Assembly: GCA_951406725.2 (NCBI GenBank)
Contig: OX597826.1
Coordinates: 42,532,001-42,596,000 of the forward strand
Origin: Octopus vulgaris
Lineage: Eukaryota
Length of the DNA: 64,000 nt
Direction of reading: 5' to 3'
The notes beneath the pieces are model-generated. The model searched no databases. It saw only the letters and a list, made by a program, of their open reading frames with translations, and was not told where the DNA came from. The position numbers and the translations under genes were made by a program. How positions within the stretch are numbered: the stretch's first letter is position 1; the number at the start of each line of letters is the position of its first letter. This document shows positions 52,496-64,000 of this stretch, piece by piece.

Positions 52496-52877
52496 CCATT
52501 TAACATCCATTTTCCATACTAGTATGTGTTCAACCATATATCATATATATATATTATATATATTTACAGATATAAACAAGAAATAGGAAACAAATGCAGA
52601 AAAATAAAAAAATAAAATATATAAAACTGCTCTATATTTCTTCTTTCTTTCCTTCCCTACATTCAATCAGGCAAATTATCTTTTCTGATATATTCTATGT
52701 CCATTTTCAGTAAATGAATCCTTTTGAATAAAAAAAAAAAAATGAAGGTTATAGTTTTTTTCATCTTTCTTACAATACAACATACCAAAATTTATCTCCA
52801 GCTGACTTATCTTCAGTTCAGTGCATAATTAATGAAAAAAAAAAGAGAGATTTTCTTTTTATATCATATTTATCTTT

Positions 52878-53570
52878 TTTCTTGTTTCAGTCATTGGACT
52901 GCAGCCATGCTGGAGCATTGCCTTACAGGGTTTAGTCAAACAAATTGACCCCAGTACACTTTTAAGTGTAGTACTTTTTCTATAGGTTTCTTCTGATAAT
53001 CTACTAAATTTCTAGGATGTAAACAAACCAAAACTGGTTGTCAAGCCATGGGAGAACAAACACAAAGACACAAACATAATTATATATATATATATTGGCA
53101 CGTAAAAAGCACCATCCTTTCGTGGCTGTTGCCAGCCTCGCCTGGCCCCCGTGCCGGTGGCACGTAAAAAGCACCATCCGATCGTGGCCGTTAGCCAGAC
53201 TCGTCTGGCACCTGTGCCGGTGGCACGTAAAAAGTACCCACTACACTCACGGAGTGGTTGGCGTTAGGAAGGGCATACAGCCATAGAAACATTGCCAGAT
53301 CAGACTGGGCCTGGTGCAGCCTTCTGGCTTCCCAGACCCCAGTTGAACCATCCAACCCATGCTAGCATGGAAAGCGGACGCTAAATGATGATGATGATAT
53401 ATATATATATACACTATGGGCTTCCACACAATTTCTGTCTACCAAATTCACTTACAATACATTTGTTGGCCCAAGGCTGTAGTAGACACTTGCCTAAGGT
53501 GCTATCTAATGGGAATGAACCTGAAACCATGTGGTCACAAAGCAAGTTTCTTAACTACACAGCTATGTTT
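52878..53570 (-). mobile_element. Diverged family A SINE split by an RTE-like 3' end
   Basis: Tail part at 52878-53075 and head part at 53415-53570. Confidence 0.7.
53096..53397 (+). mobile_element. RTE-like LINE 3' end with (GAT)n tail and ~60-bp internal repeats
   Basis: tggcacgtaaaaagcacc x3; gagtggttggcgttaggaagggcat...ccaacccatgctagcatggaaagcggacg..gatgatgat; further copies at 56200-56363 and 60420-60646. Confidence 0.7.
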
Positions 53571-54218
53571 AATATATTTGTATGAAAAGATATGAAGTGA
53601 ATTTACGCATGGAAAAAAAAAAAAAAAAGATGTATAATTTCAAACAATTTCTCTATGATATTCTTGGTAATTCATTGGCAAAAAATATATTTTGGAAATT
53701 GTCAATTCCCACAGCTATATCATTCCAAATTATTTCCTGGGATAAAAGAAATAAATAAAAAAATATTGATATAAAATAATTAAAAAATCAAAAGTGTTCA
53801 ATTAGAATTGGTATTTTGTGAATATTTAAGGTCCCCAGTTTACAAGAAATAAAATCACTTCAGACATAAATAAAAAGAAAAAAAAACAAGACCCTTTCGT
53901 ATAGAGAATTTCAATTAATTTCTAGGACTGCACTTGTAATTTAAAACTTGAATGGTTGACCAGAACATCAGTTTTGTAAAGTAGTAGAAAATCTAAAGCA
54001 GAAGTGTATATTCTAAATTCAATATATAGGATTGGTAAACTCAGAGTATTGCATAAAATATGTTGCACTTTTACATTCAGTTCTCTTCCCAACCATGGGA
54101 TTTGGGATTCAGTCTCACTGCATGGCACCTTGAATGGGTGTCTTCTACAGTCGACCTGGTCTAAGGTCTTGTGAGAGTGCTTCATAAATGGAAACTGAAA
54201 GAAGCCCATTTATGGTAT

Positions 54219-54422
54219 AGGAGGGGTGCTGAAAAGTTCCTGGCTTTGGATAAAAGAAACTACAGGAGGATAAAATTATGATATTATACAACATATTCAC
54301 TTCTGAGATTCACACACTTAATACAGCAGCCCTTCAGTTTTTCTAAGCCTTGAAAATGAACTCAGAAGGGTGGGCCTCCAACCAAGCTTTTCATAATACT
54401 CAAAGCCATGAGCTTTTCAGCA

Positions 54423-54427
<5 letters not shown>
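54219..54427. mobile_element. Mariner-type MITE
   Basis: ggtgctgaaaagttcctggcttt / aaagccatgagcttttcagcacc, TA-flanked. Confidence 0.75.
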
Positions 54428-54470
<43 letters not shown>

Positions 54471-54472
54471 TA

Positions 54473-54860
54473 TGTGGCTGTGTGGTAAGTAGCTTGTTTA
54501 CCAACCACATGGTTCTGGGTTCAGTCCCACTGCATGGCACCTTGGGCAAGTGTCTTCTACTATAGCCTAGGGCCGACCAATGCCTTGTGAGTGGATTTGG
54601 TAGACGGAAACTGAAAGAAGGTCGTCGTATATATGTATATATATATGCATGTGTGTGTTTGTGTGTCTGTGATTGTCCCCCTAGCATTGCTTGACAACCG
54701 ATGCTGGTGTGTTTATGTCCCCGTTACTTAGCGGTTCAGCAAAACAGACCGATAGAATAAATACTGGACTTACAAAAGAATAAGTCCCGGGGTCAAGTTG
54801 CTCGATTAAAGGCGGTGCTCCAGCATGGCCGCAGTCAAATGACTGAAACAAGTAAAAGAG
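54473..54860 (+). mobile_element. SINE family A
   Basis: As the other copies. Confidence 0.9.
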
Positions 54861-55171
54861 ATACACATATATACTTCTTCATTCTTGGTCACAGTATATA
54901 TAGCAAGTCAGAATCTTTTGAGCCTAATATAGCACTAAACAATATCGATGAGCCTTCTGATATGTTGACTGGAAGCACATAGCCACTTTTATAATATGGG
55001 TGAATATGCAGTACTGCTTAACTTCTTGGTGATAACAAGTGGAATGAAGGAAAAGAAGAGTTGCCTCCCATGATACGTCATAAGATCAAATTTCTGTCAT
55101 GTAAATGTATATGTGATTTTTTTTTCAGTAATGAGATAAGAAACCAAGGCAGTGTAGATTTTAGAACATTT

Positions 55172-55211
<40 letters not shown>

Positions 55212-55585
55212 TATATATACTTCTTTGTTCTTGACAGTATATTCCATGTCACAGTATATATAGCCAATCAGAAAGTTTCGAGCCTACGATTGCACTGAGG
55301 GAAGGGAGAGTTGCCTCCCATGATACAACGTCAGAAGAGCAGCCCTCTCTTTCTCTGTCGTATATAAATGTATCCCAGCGGGGTGGCGTCATTCAAAGGC
55401 TAAAACAATGCGAACGCATTGTGACCAGCGATGTGTAACAACATCTGATGGTCTGGTCGGTCATGTGATTGTGTGATGTGATATATACACACCACACACA
55501 CATATAAATACATATATATACATATACATTACACATATACATATATATTATACGCATATACATATAAACAGATACATATACATAC

Positions 55586-55643
<58 letters not shown>

Positions 55644-56169
55644 AGATACATATACATACATGTTTATATACACATATATACATATATACTCATACACACA
55701 CATATATATATATATATATATTATATATACACACACATATTCAAACATATATACATACATATATATATATATACACAAACACATATTCAAATATATATAC
55801 ATACACACATATTCAAATATATATACATACATATATATATACATATTTATACACACACACACACATATGTATAAACTTATACATATAGTGACAATTTACA
55901 AAAAAAAAAGAAAAAAATATGATTCAGTCATTTGACTGCAGTCATGGGGGAGCACCACCTTTAGTGGAGCAACTCAACCCAAGGACTTATTCTTTGTAAG
56001 CCTAGTAATTATTCTATTAGTCTCTTTCGCTGAACTGCTAAGTTATGGGGAAGTAAACACACCAACATCAATTGTCAAATATTGTGTGTGTATATATATA
56101 TACATACATGTGTGTGTGTATATATATATATATACACACACACATACATATCTATATATACACATATAA

Positions 56170-56200
<31 letters not shown>

Positions 56201-56362
56201 AAAAGCACCCACTATAGTGGTTGGCATTAGGAAGGGCATCCAACTTTAGAAATACTGCCAGATCAGACTGGGCCTGGTGCAGCCTCCTGGCTTCCCAGAC
56301 CCCAGTCGAACTGATCAACCCATGCTAGCATGGAAAGCGGACGTTAAACGATGATGATGATG

Positions 56363-56424
<62 letters not shown>

Positions 56425-57330
56425 GTATATATAGACACATATACATACATATATATATACACATATACATACATATATATATACACACACATACATATAT
56501 ATACACACAAATACATACATATATATACACACACACATACACACCACATATATACACACATAAGCTCCAGCCTTATGTATGGCAGGAGCATGTGAGAGAA
56601 AACCATAGCTAAGAGCAAAGAATGAATACTCAGAGAGTAGTTTAAATAAAATAACAATTGTATGACAAGAACGGTTACTGCTGTACCAAGTTTGGTGTAA
56701 TGGCTTAAAAAATAACAGGAGGTAAAAACCAAAGAGAACAAGCTATAGCATTCTAATGTTCCTTAGTAGTATGAATGTTGTTTGGTACAGCTGGACAAAG
56801 AAACATTGTCAGAAGGTAATCCTAAAGAGTAATGACTGGTCAGTGACTAGTGATGAGGACAATGTTCTGAAGTGCACACTATACGTAAAATAGTATGTTT
56901 TCTCATATGTAGGGAAACTGGGGTTATATAGCAGAACAAAACTTTCTGGATCAAATTTTTGGCTGGCAATACACATACACTGAAAAGAGCAATTGACTTC
57001 GCCCTTTGAGTCGTAACACCAGTTTTCCAGTGAATGGCTTATTTTTCTCTATACCATAGTAGCGCTGTACCGGTGGAGTGCATCTGCACTAAAGTACAAT
57101 TTATTTTTATTTAATCAGAATGCTCATTCACCCCAGCATGCCCACTGCCTTTCTGAGTTGAATATGGCTTATTTTGATGTTGGTTCAGGTCAGGGCACAA
57201 AGGGTTAATGACTAACTAAATAAAGCCTTGGTTTAGTTATGTAATTCCATTTTCTCTACATATAACAAAAATATCAGTCTCCACACTTTTAAGACATTAT
57301 GTGCACACATCATCTATGTGTGTGTGTGTG

Positions 57331-57572
57331 GATGTGCGTGGCGTAGTGGTTAGGGTGTCAGCACCATGACCGTAAGATTGAGGTTTTGATTCCTGGAGCG
57401 GGCGAGGCATTGTGTTCTTGAGCAAAACACTTTATTTCACGTTGCTCCAGTCCACTCAGCTGGCAAAAATGAGTAACGCTGCGATGGACTTCACCCCGTC
57501 CAGCCGGGGAACACATACGCCATTGAAACCGGGAAACCAGGCCCATGAGCCTGGCTAGGCTTTAAAAGGGTG
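57331..57572 (+). mobile_element. tRNA-derived SINE (family C core; tail shared with 6365-6663)
   Basis: tggcgtagtggttagg...tgtgttcttgagcaaaacactttatttcacgttgctccagtccactcagc..tgcgatggact..gaaaccgggaaacc. Confidence 0.85.
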
Positions 57573-57729
57573 AGAAAAAAAAAATTATATACACACACAC
57601 ACACATTCATGGTAGTATATATTTGTATGATATATTCTGTAGAATTGCAACATGGACCTTGTTTTTGATATTGCAATCTCCAAATGAAGGACAGCAAAAA
57701 CCAGGATTTGGACATCATAATCCTCAAAC

Positions 57730-59703
57730 CTATTGCCTCCGAAAATAATGCCTCAAGATTGCCCCACGAATCTGGATATTCCTTATAAAACGTACTTCAT
57801 TAATGGCTTCCCTAAATCCATCCAAAATTTTATCAGTTTCAACGCGGGTGGAATGGAACTTTTTCAAAGATGCATAGGTAGGAGGCTTTTGATCATCGCT
57901 GTACTTCTTAGCATGTTTGTGCTGCTTTGTACCACCATCACCCCCACCACTATCATTCGTTTTTGATGTTGAATGAGTGATGGAGGTACTGTTGTGAGTG
58001 TTAATACTGTCTTCGTTGCTAATTTTGCTACAACTGCTGTTGCTATTGCTATAATCAATGCTGTTTCTGTCATTGGTATCGTTACTGATGTTGTTGTTGT
58101 TGTTGTTGAGGGCAGTGGTGCTATTTTTACTGCAATTGGTGTTATTAATATCTTTGTTCTTAGAGTCTGGATTTGGATTTTTACTTTCATGGCAGTTGTT
58201 GCTATTTCCAAAGCTATTAGTGTTGTTGTTACTGTTGCTATTTTCATTGATTTTCTTATTATCATTACCTTTCTTGTTGCTGCTGTTGTCATTACCCTTC
58301 TTGCTGCTGCTGCTGTCATTACCCTCCTTGCCGCTGCTGTTATCATTACCCTTCTTGCCGCTGTTATTGTTATTATTCTTTTTGCTGCTGTCGTCATTAC
58401 CCTTCTTGTTGCTGCTGTTGTCATTACCCTTGTTGTTGCTGCTGTTGTCATTACCCTTGTTGTTGCTGCTGTTGTCATTACCCTTCTTGTTGCTGCTGTT
58501 GTCATTACCCTTCTTGTTGCTGCTGTTGTCATTACCCTTGTTGTTGCTGCTGTTGTCATTACCCTTGTTGTTGCTGCTGTTGTCATTACCCTTCTTGTTG
58601 CTGCTGTTATCATTACTCTTCTTGCCGCTGCTGTTGTCATTACCCTTCTTGTTGCTGCTGTTATCATTACCCTCCTTGCCGCTGCTGTTGTCATTACCCT
58701 TCTTGTTGCTGCTGTTGTCATTACCCTTCTTGTTGCTGCTGTTGTCATTACCCTTCTTGTTGCTGCTGTTGTCATTACCCTTCTTGTTGCTGCTGTTGTC
58801 ATTACTCTTCTTGTTGCTGTCGTTGTCATTACTCTTCTTGCCGCTGCTGTTGTCATTACCCTTCTTGCTGCTGTCGTTGTCATTACTCTTCTTGCTGCTG
58901 CTGTTATCATTATCCTTCTTGCTGCTGTTGTTGTCATTACCCTTCTTGCTGCTGTTATTGTTATTATTCTTTTTGCTGCTGCTGTTATCATTATCCGTCT
59001 TGCTGCTGTCGTTGTCATTACTCTTCTTGCTGCTGCTGTTGTTATTACCCTTCTTGCTGCTGTTATTGTTATTATTCTTTTTGCTGCTGTTGTTGTCATT
59101 ACCCTTCTTGCTGCTGTTATTGTTATTATTCTTTTTGCTGCTGCTGTTATCATTATCCGTCTTGCTGCTGTCGTTGTCATTACTCTTCTTGCTGCTGCTG
59201 TTGTTATTACCCTTCTTGCTGCTGCTGTTGTTATTATTCTTTTTGCTGTTGCTGCTGCTACCATTCTTACTGCTACAGCTGGTGTTGTTGTTACTGTTCT
59301 TACTGCTGGCACTGTTATTCTTACTGTTCTTACTGCTGGTGCTGTTATTATTGTTACTGTTCTTACTGCTGCTGTTGTTATTGTTACTGTTCTTACTGCT
59401 GGTGCTGTTGTTATTGTTACTGTTCTTACTGCTGTTGTTGTTATTGTTACTGTTCTTACTTCTGCTGTTATTATTGTCACTGTTCTTACTGCTGCTGTTG
59501 TTATTATTACTGTTCTTACTGCTGGTGCTGTTGTGGTTATTATTATTATTATTATTATGATTATTATTAGTGGCAGTACTATTAACTCCAACTGTTACAG
59601 TTGTTGCTACTGATTTACTGATTGCTGTTGTTGCACTTGATATCATCTTTTTTGCAGCTGCTGCACTCAGTGTCGTAGCTCGTTTTTTGTTATTTTTTGT
59701 CAT
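57730..59703 (-). CDS. Possible Asn/Ser/Lys-rich repeat protein (657 aa) built on a 27/30-bp minisatellite; coding status uncertain
   Basis: Open frame of (SSNKKGNDN)n plus ~60 aa of non-repetitive C-terminus. Other frames are also open across the repeat, so ORF length alone is weak evidence. Confidence 0.4.
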   Translation of the reverse strand: MTKNNKKRATTLSAAAAKKMISSATTAISKSVATTVTVGVNSTATNNNHNNNNNNNHNSTSSKNSNNNNSSSKNSDNNNSRSKNSNNNNNSSKNSNNNNSTSSKNSNNNNSSSKNSNNNNSTSSKNSKNNSASSKNSNNNTSCSSKNGSSSNSKKNNNNSSSKKGNNNSSSKKSNDNDSSKTDNDNSSSKKNNNNNSSKKGNDNNSSKKNNNNNSSKKGNNNSSSKKSNDNDSSKTDNDNSSSKKNNNNNSSKKGNDNNSSKKDNDNSSSKKSNDNDSSKKGNDNSSGKKSNDNDSNKKSNDNSSNKKGNDNSSNKKGNDNSSNKKGNDNSSNKKGNDNSSGKEGNDNSSNKKGNDNSSGKKSNDNSSNKKGNDNSSNNKGNDNSSNNKGNDNSSNKKGNDNSSNKKGNDNSSNNKGNDNSSNNKGNDNSSNKKGNDDSSKKNNNNNSGKKGNDNSSGKEGNDSSSSKKGNDNSSNKKGNDNKKINENSNSNNNTNSFGNSNNCHESKNPNPDSKNKDINNTNCSKNSTTALNNNNNNISNDTNDRNSIDYSNSNSSCSKISNEDSINTHNSTSITHSTSKTNDSGGGDGGTKQHKHAKKYSDDQKPPTYASLKKFHSTRVETDKILDGFREAINEVRFIRNIQIRGAILRHYFRRQ

Positions 59704-60715
59704 TATTCTTGCTGTTGTTGTTGCTAATATTTATTGTGTTGTTGCTACAGTTGTCGTCATGAACAAATACTGATGCAGAGCACTCTTTGTTGTTGTCAAT
59801 GAAAACCCTGTTGCTTTCGTAGCACCAACATAGCTGCAAAATTAAACAAAACTCCAATTTTAAAAAAATTACTCTATTGTAAACATATACAATAACAACA
59901 AAAAGCCTCTATGAGAAAACTTAACCTGCTAGAATTAGCAGCCAAATCTCAAACCCTACTCCTTCATCATCAAAAACAAAAGATGCTTAAGATACTTCTA
60001 GATACATTATGTCTGAATAAAAGATATGACAATTATGGATTCTCATGGATTCTCTCCATCTTCTAGCTCTTGGATGTCTTTAATGGGGTTAACCTTGATG
60101 AAGGCATTCGTGCCAGGTCTCCCCCCCTTCTTCCCAATTGATATCCCTTGAAAACTGGTCATAGGTATTGTTCTTCCTCAGTACCCACATCACTACCATC
60201 TTATCATCATGCCGGCCACTTTCACCCACCCTTATATAAGGCAGGGTATCTGTGTATCTTCATTATAGCAAGACACCTATTCTTGTCCCTCTGTCATACT
60301 ATCACTCTCCTAACACCTGACATAAAGCCAACTTTCCCCCTTCTCAAAAACTAACCCAGTCACCTACCTATAAAGTTGAAGGGACTTTTTCCATTTCTTG
60401 TTCTTTTTTTTTTTTCCTCTCTTGCAAGTTATTTGGCAACTTCACAAGTGTCAGCAGCATGAATAAAGCATCCAGTACCCTCTGAGAAACGGCTGACATT
60501 AGGAAGGACATCTAAACTCAGAAACTATGCCATAGCTAATGGTGGAGTATGGATGCAGTCCTGCGACTCGTCAGATCCTATCAATCCATCCAACACGAGC
60601 CAGCATCGAAAATAGATGTTGTATGATGATGATGATGATGATGATGAAATATAAAGGAAATACTTCATTTTGCATGAAAAAGCGAATTTTTTTGTATTTC
60701 CTCAGTGGTAAGCAA

Positions 60716-60968
60716 AAGAATGTTTGCTTCTGAACCATATGGCTTCAGGTTCAATCCAAGGAAGTTTGCTTCTGAACCATATGGCTTCAGGTTCAATCCA
60801 AAGAAGTTTGCTTCTGAACCATATGGCTTCAGGTTCAATCCAAGGAAGTTTGCTTCTGAACCATATGGCTTCAGGTTCAATCCAAAGAAGTTTGCTTCTG
60901 AACCATATGGCTTCAGGTTCAATCCAAAGAAGTTTGCTTCTGAACCATATGGCTTCAGGTTCAATCCA
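60716..60968 (+). repeat. Six tandem 42-bp copies of the tRNA-like head segment of a family A SINE
   Basis: aagtttgcttctgaaccatatggcttcaggttcaatcca x6, continuing into tgccttgggcaaatgtattctactata (SINE core). Confidence 0.9.
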
Positions 60969-62289
60969 ATGCATAGTGCCTTGGGCAAATGTATTCTACT
61001 ATAAACACAAACTAACCCATGCCATGTGAGTGAATCTTACAAATGGAAACTGTACATTTCCATAAATAGAAATTCTGAGAGAGAGGTGGGGGGGATATGT
61101 GCTGTGTTGGTCCCCATAATTTAGCAGTACAGCAAAAAATCTGATCAACAGAATCAGTACCAAACTTACATTAGTTTGATCATCTAAACCAGGGAGGATC
61201 AGAAAAGTAGTCAATATCGATGCATGGGGGGAGGTCGATGTGCCCACCTAAGATGTTGACAAACACTTGAAATTTTGAGCATTAAGAATTAGCAATTTGA
61301 ATCTTGTTTAAACTGGCTGTATCGAGCCCAAATATTCTACTTGTTTTATATTCAAGCTGGCCAGATCGGGCCTCTCAAACATACCCTACAATGTCATTCT
61401 AAAAATGAACAATCACATCATTGAAACCACCAAGCTGCAAGATAATGCATGATTAATTGAAAATAATATGAATAAAAAAAGCATTACATTTGGCAGAAAG
61501 AGTAAAAAAAGATGAGGTAGCAAAGAAGTATATCAGGTAGATAAAAGGGAAGCTAGACGATAGGTTTATCTAGTTAGGGCAAAAGCAGAAAGGAAGAGGT
61601 TTGTTAATGTCAATAGTGAAAAGATACTATCTATAATAACCACATAGAAATTAATTAAATATCTTATAATTATTATTCTAAAAATCTCATAATAAATCAA
61701 ACATTAAATTGACTACATGCGTTTCATGACTAAATATATAAATCGATAATATTAAAATTTAATTTTTTAAAATTTTAAATTCAATTGTTGATTCAATTTA
61801 AAAATATTTAGCCACACTTTAATGTAAAGCAAAAAACATGACTTATTGATGAAAACCAGTTAAAACAAATTTTAAACTTTAAACTTACTATCTAGCGTTG
61901 TAAAAAAACCTATCTCATAAAACGAGATATATACAATAAATAAATAGATACATGTATTTAACGATAAGAATAAAAATGTTAAAAAAAACGTGACATAATA
62001 TGCTATTTATATAGGGTGGATTATATCGGGATGACCTTTTATTAATAACTAAGAATTGCACCAATAGAACACTAGAAATATATAAGAAGAAAATATATAG
62101 TTTTTTTAAAAGATATGGATTAGGTATTAGTATAGATAAAGTGAACTATAATGTTAATTATTTAGATGCTAATTTTAATTTAATAACAGGTAAAACCCAA
62201 CCATTCCATAAAATTAATGAAGACCTTAGATATCCCTCTCTCTCTCTCTTTCGGAGAGGCACTGAGCAGCTATACGCACACATACACAC

Positions 62290-62793
62290 ACGGCAGTAAC
62301 TTCCACCTACCGAATTCAATCACAAAGCTCCGGTCGGCTCGGGGCTATAGTGGAAGACACCTACCCAAAGTGCCACGCAGTGGGACTGAACCCGAAACAA
62401 TGTAGCTAGGAAGCAAGCTCCCTAACCACACAGCCATACCCACGCATATATAAACGCTAATAGTAATCACCCGCCCTGGGCAAGTGTCTTCTACTATAGC
62501 CTCGGGCTGACCAAAGCCTTGTGAGTGGATTTGGTAGACGGAAACTGAAAGAAGTCAGTCATATATATGTATATGTATGTGTGTGCGTGTGTGTTTGTGT
62601 GTCTGTTTGTCCCTCCAACATCGCTTGACAACCGTTGCTGGTGTGTTTACGTCCCCGTAACTTAGCGGTTCAGCAAAAGAGACCGATAGAATAAGTACTA
62701 GGCTTACAAAGAATAAGTCCTCGAGTCAATTTGATCGACTAAAGGTAGTGCTCCAGCATGACTGCAGTCAAATGACTGAATCAAGTAAAAGAG
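62290..62793. mobile_element. Two family A SINE pieces (- 62290-62445; + 62475-62793)
   Basis: Match to the family A consensus. Confidence 0.85.
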
Positions 62794-63422
62794 TATTTCT
62801 GGATAATTTCGTTTCTTCCCTCTATTGTGGTAAAAGTCTCGTATAAACTCAAAAGCATTCATAAATTTCTATCCTTTTGTTATAATATTCTTCTTAATAA
62901 TCCTCTGAATAACCCTAAACTTTAACAGTATACAATATAGCAACATTGTTTTAAATATTTAACTATAGTACTACATAAGACTTCCCCTGTTTCATTATCA
63001 ATGGTCTGCTAGTGGGCAACCCCTTAATTGTCAGCAAACATCTTGTTTCAAGTTTTCCTTTACCAAATCTCATGATATTGCTTCTAATAAATCTTGATTT
63101 TTATGATTATACCAACTATGATGTCTGTCTGCTCCCTCAGATACTGCCCCCCCCACCACCACCACCACCATTCTCTCAGCCTTAGATATACAAGGGTTTT
63201 GATAAACTAATCAATAAATTAAAACTGACCCATAAAAACAAAAAAAAAAAATCAGTGACAGGCAGAGTCTGTAACAATGTATATATTCTTGAAAAGCTTA
63301 GTAACTTCTATGCTGGAGTAAGAACAGCATGTTCTTTGTCTATCTCTTTAACTTCTTGGAGATTTTAGGTATAATTATACTAATGTGTCCATCTGTTCTA
63401 ATTTAATTAAATTCTATGTCTG

Positions 63423-63509
63423 TGCAGCCAAAGATTGCTCTGCATTTTAAATTGATGTAATTGTTGCATTGTTCAACTAAATGGAGTTGCATGAAACGAT
63501 CGTACTGCA
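63423..63509 (+). ncRNA. Decayed hammerhead motif
   Basis: tgcag-CCAAAGA-ttgc...gcat-GAAA-CGATCG-TA-ctgca; the core is mutated from CTGAAGA. Confidence 0.5.
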
Positions 63510-64000
63510 TTACCTCTGGATATCCTTGTTACTTATTTTGATTTTAATCACTTTACATTGAAATTGTATGGATAATACCGTACTAAATTCTGGTGCTTCA
63601 ACTTAAGTACCATATTCATCTGAATCTAAATTTTTGCTGAACTCATATACATATATATAGATAGATATATGTATGCACGTATATATGTAATTTGAGATAA
63701 TAGTTTCACTATGTATATATTATATACATAGTGAAACTATTACCTCACATTAGAGATGTTTCTGTTTCAGTTTTGACATGTAATTCTGAAACAGTGTAAG
63801 AGATTGATCTGGGCTTGCATTAGGCAAGAAGTCAAAAATTTCTTTGGCCTATGACACTCCATGTACTCTAAGTAGTATATGAGTAAAACTTGAATGAAAT
63901 CAGTTGGGTAAATCTCAAGTTTAAGTGATGCACACATAGACAGACACACATTCTCAGTTTTATATATAGAGCGATATAAGAAGTTGAAAATGCACTGGGA

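Noticed and set aside
57973-59613. Hydrophobic plus-strand ORFs (546 and 500 aa)
   Set aside because: Antisense readings of the same minisatellite with no unique domain.
60716-60968. CRISPR-like regular array
   Set aside because: The units are contiguous with no unique spacers, derive from a SINE, and lie in eukaryotic DNA.

Overview
AT-rich eukaryotic (animal) DNA made almost entirely of repeats. The SINE and RTE-tail families look like those of octopus/cephalopod genomes (recognised from memory, not searched). No intact host gene is recognisable, and most of the supplied ORFs are microsatellite artefacts. Contents: many tRNA-derived SINEs of at least three families; a nearly full-length decayed Tx1/L1-clade LINE (43.5-49.7 kb, minus) split by a complete mariner; an ORF1-only relative of that LINE directly upstream (49.8-52.4 kb); fragments of CR1-type, RLE-type (R4/Dong-like), RTE and Merlin-like elements; non-autonomous Helitrons, MITEs and solo LTRs; and a 657-codon N/S/K-rich repeat ORF. 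Three observations stand out. (1) About 12 minimal type-I hammerhead-ribozyme motifs sit in short Penelope-like terminal units, often as inverted pairs, and in one case the inverted copy starts at the predicted self-cleavage site. (2) A Tx1 LINE, the ORF1-only element and one SINE subfamily share the same ~50-nt 3' tail, and the SINE insertions mostly have GGTAT-starting target duplications. (3) A non-coding ~555-bp element and an RLE LINE both sit in (TAA)n tracts. All alignments and folds were done by eye.
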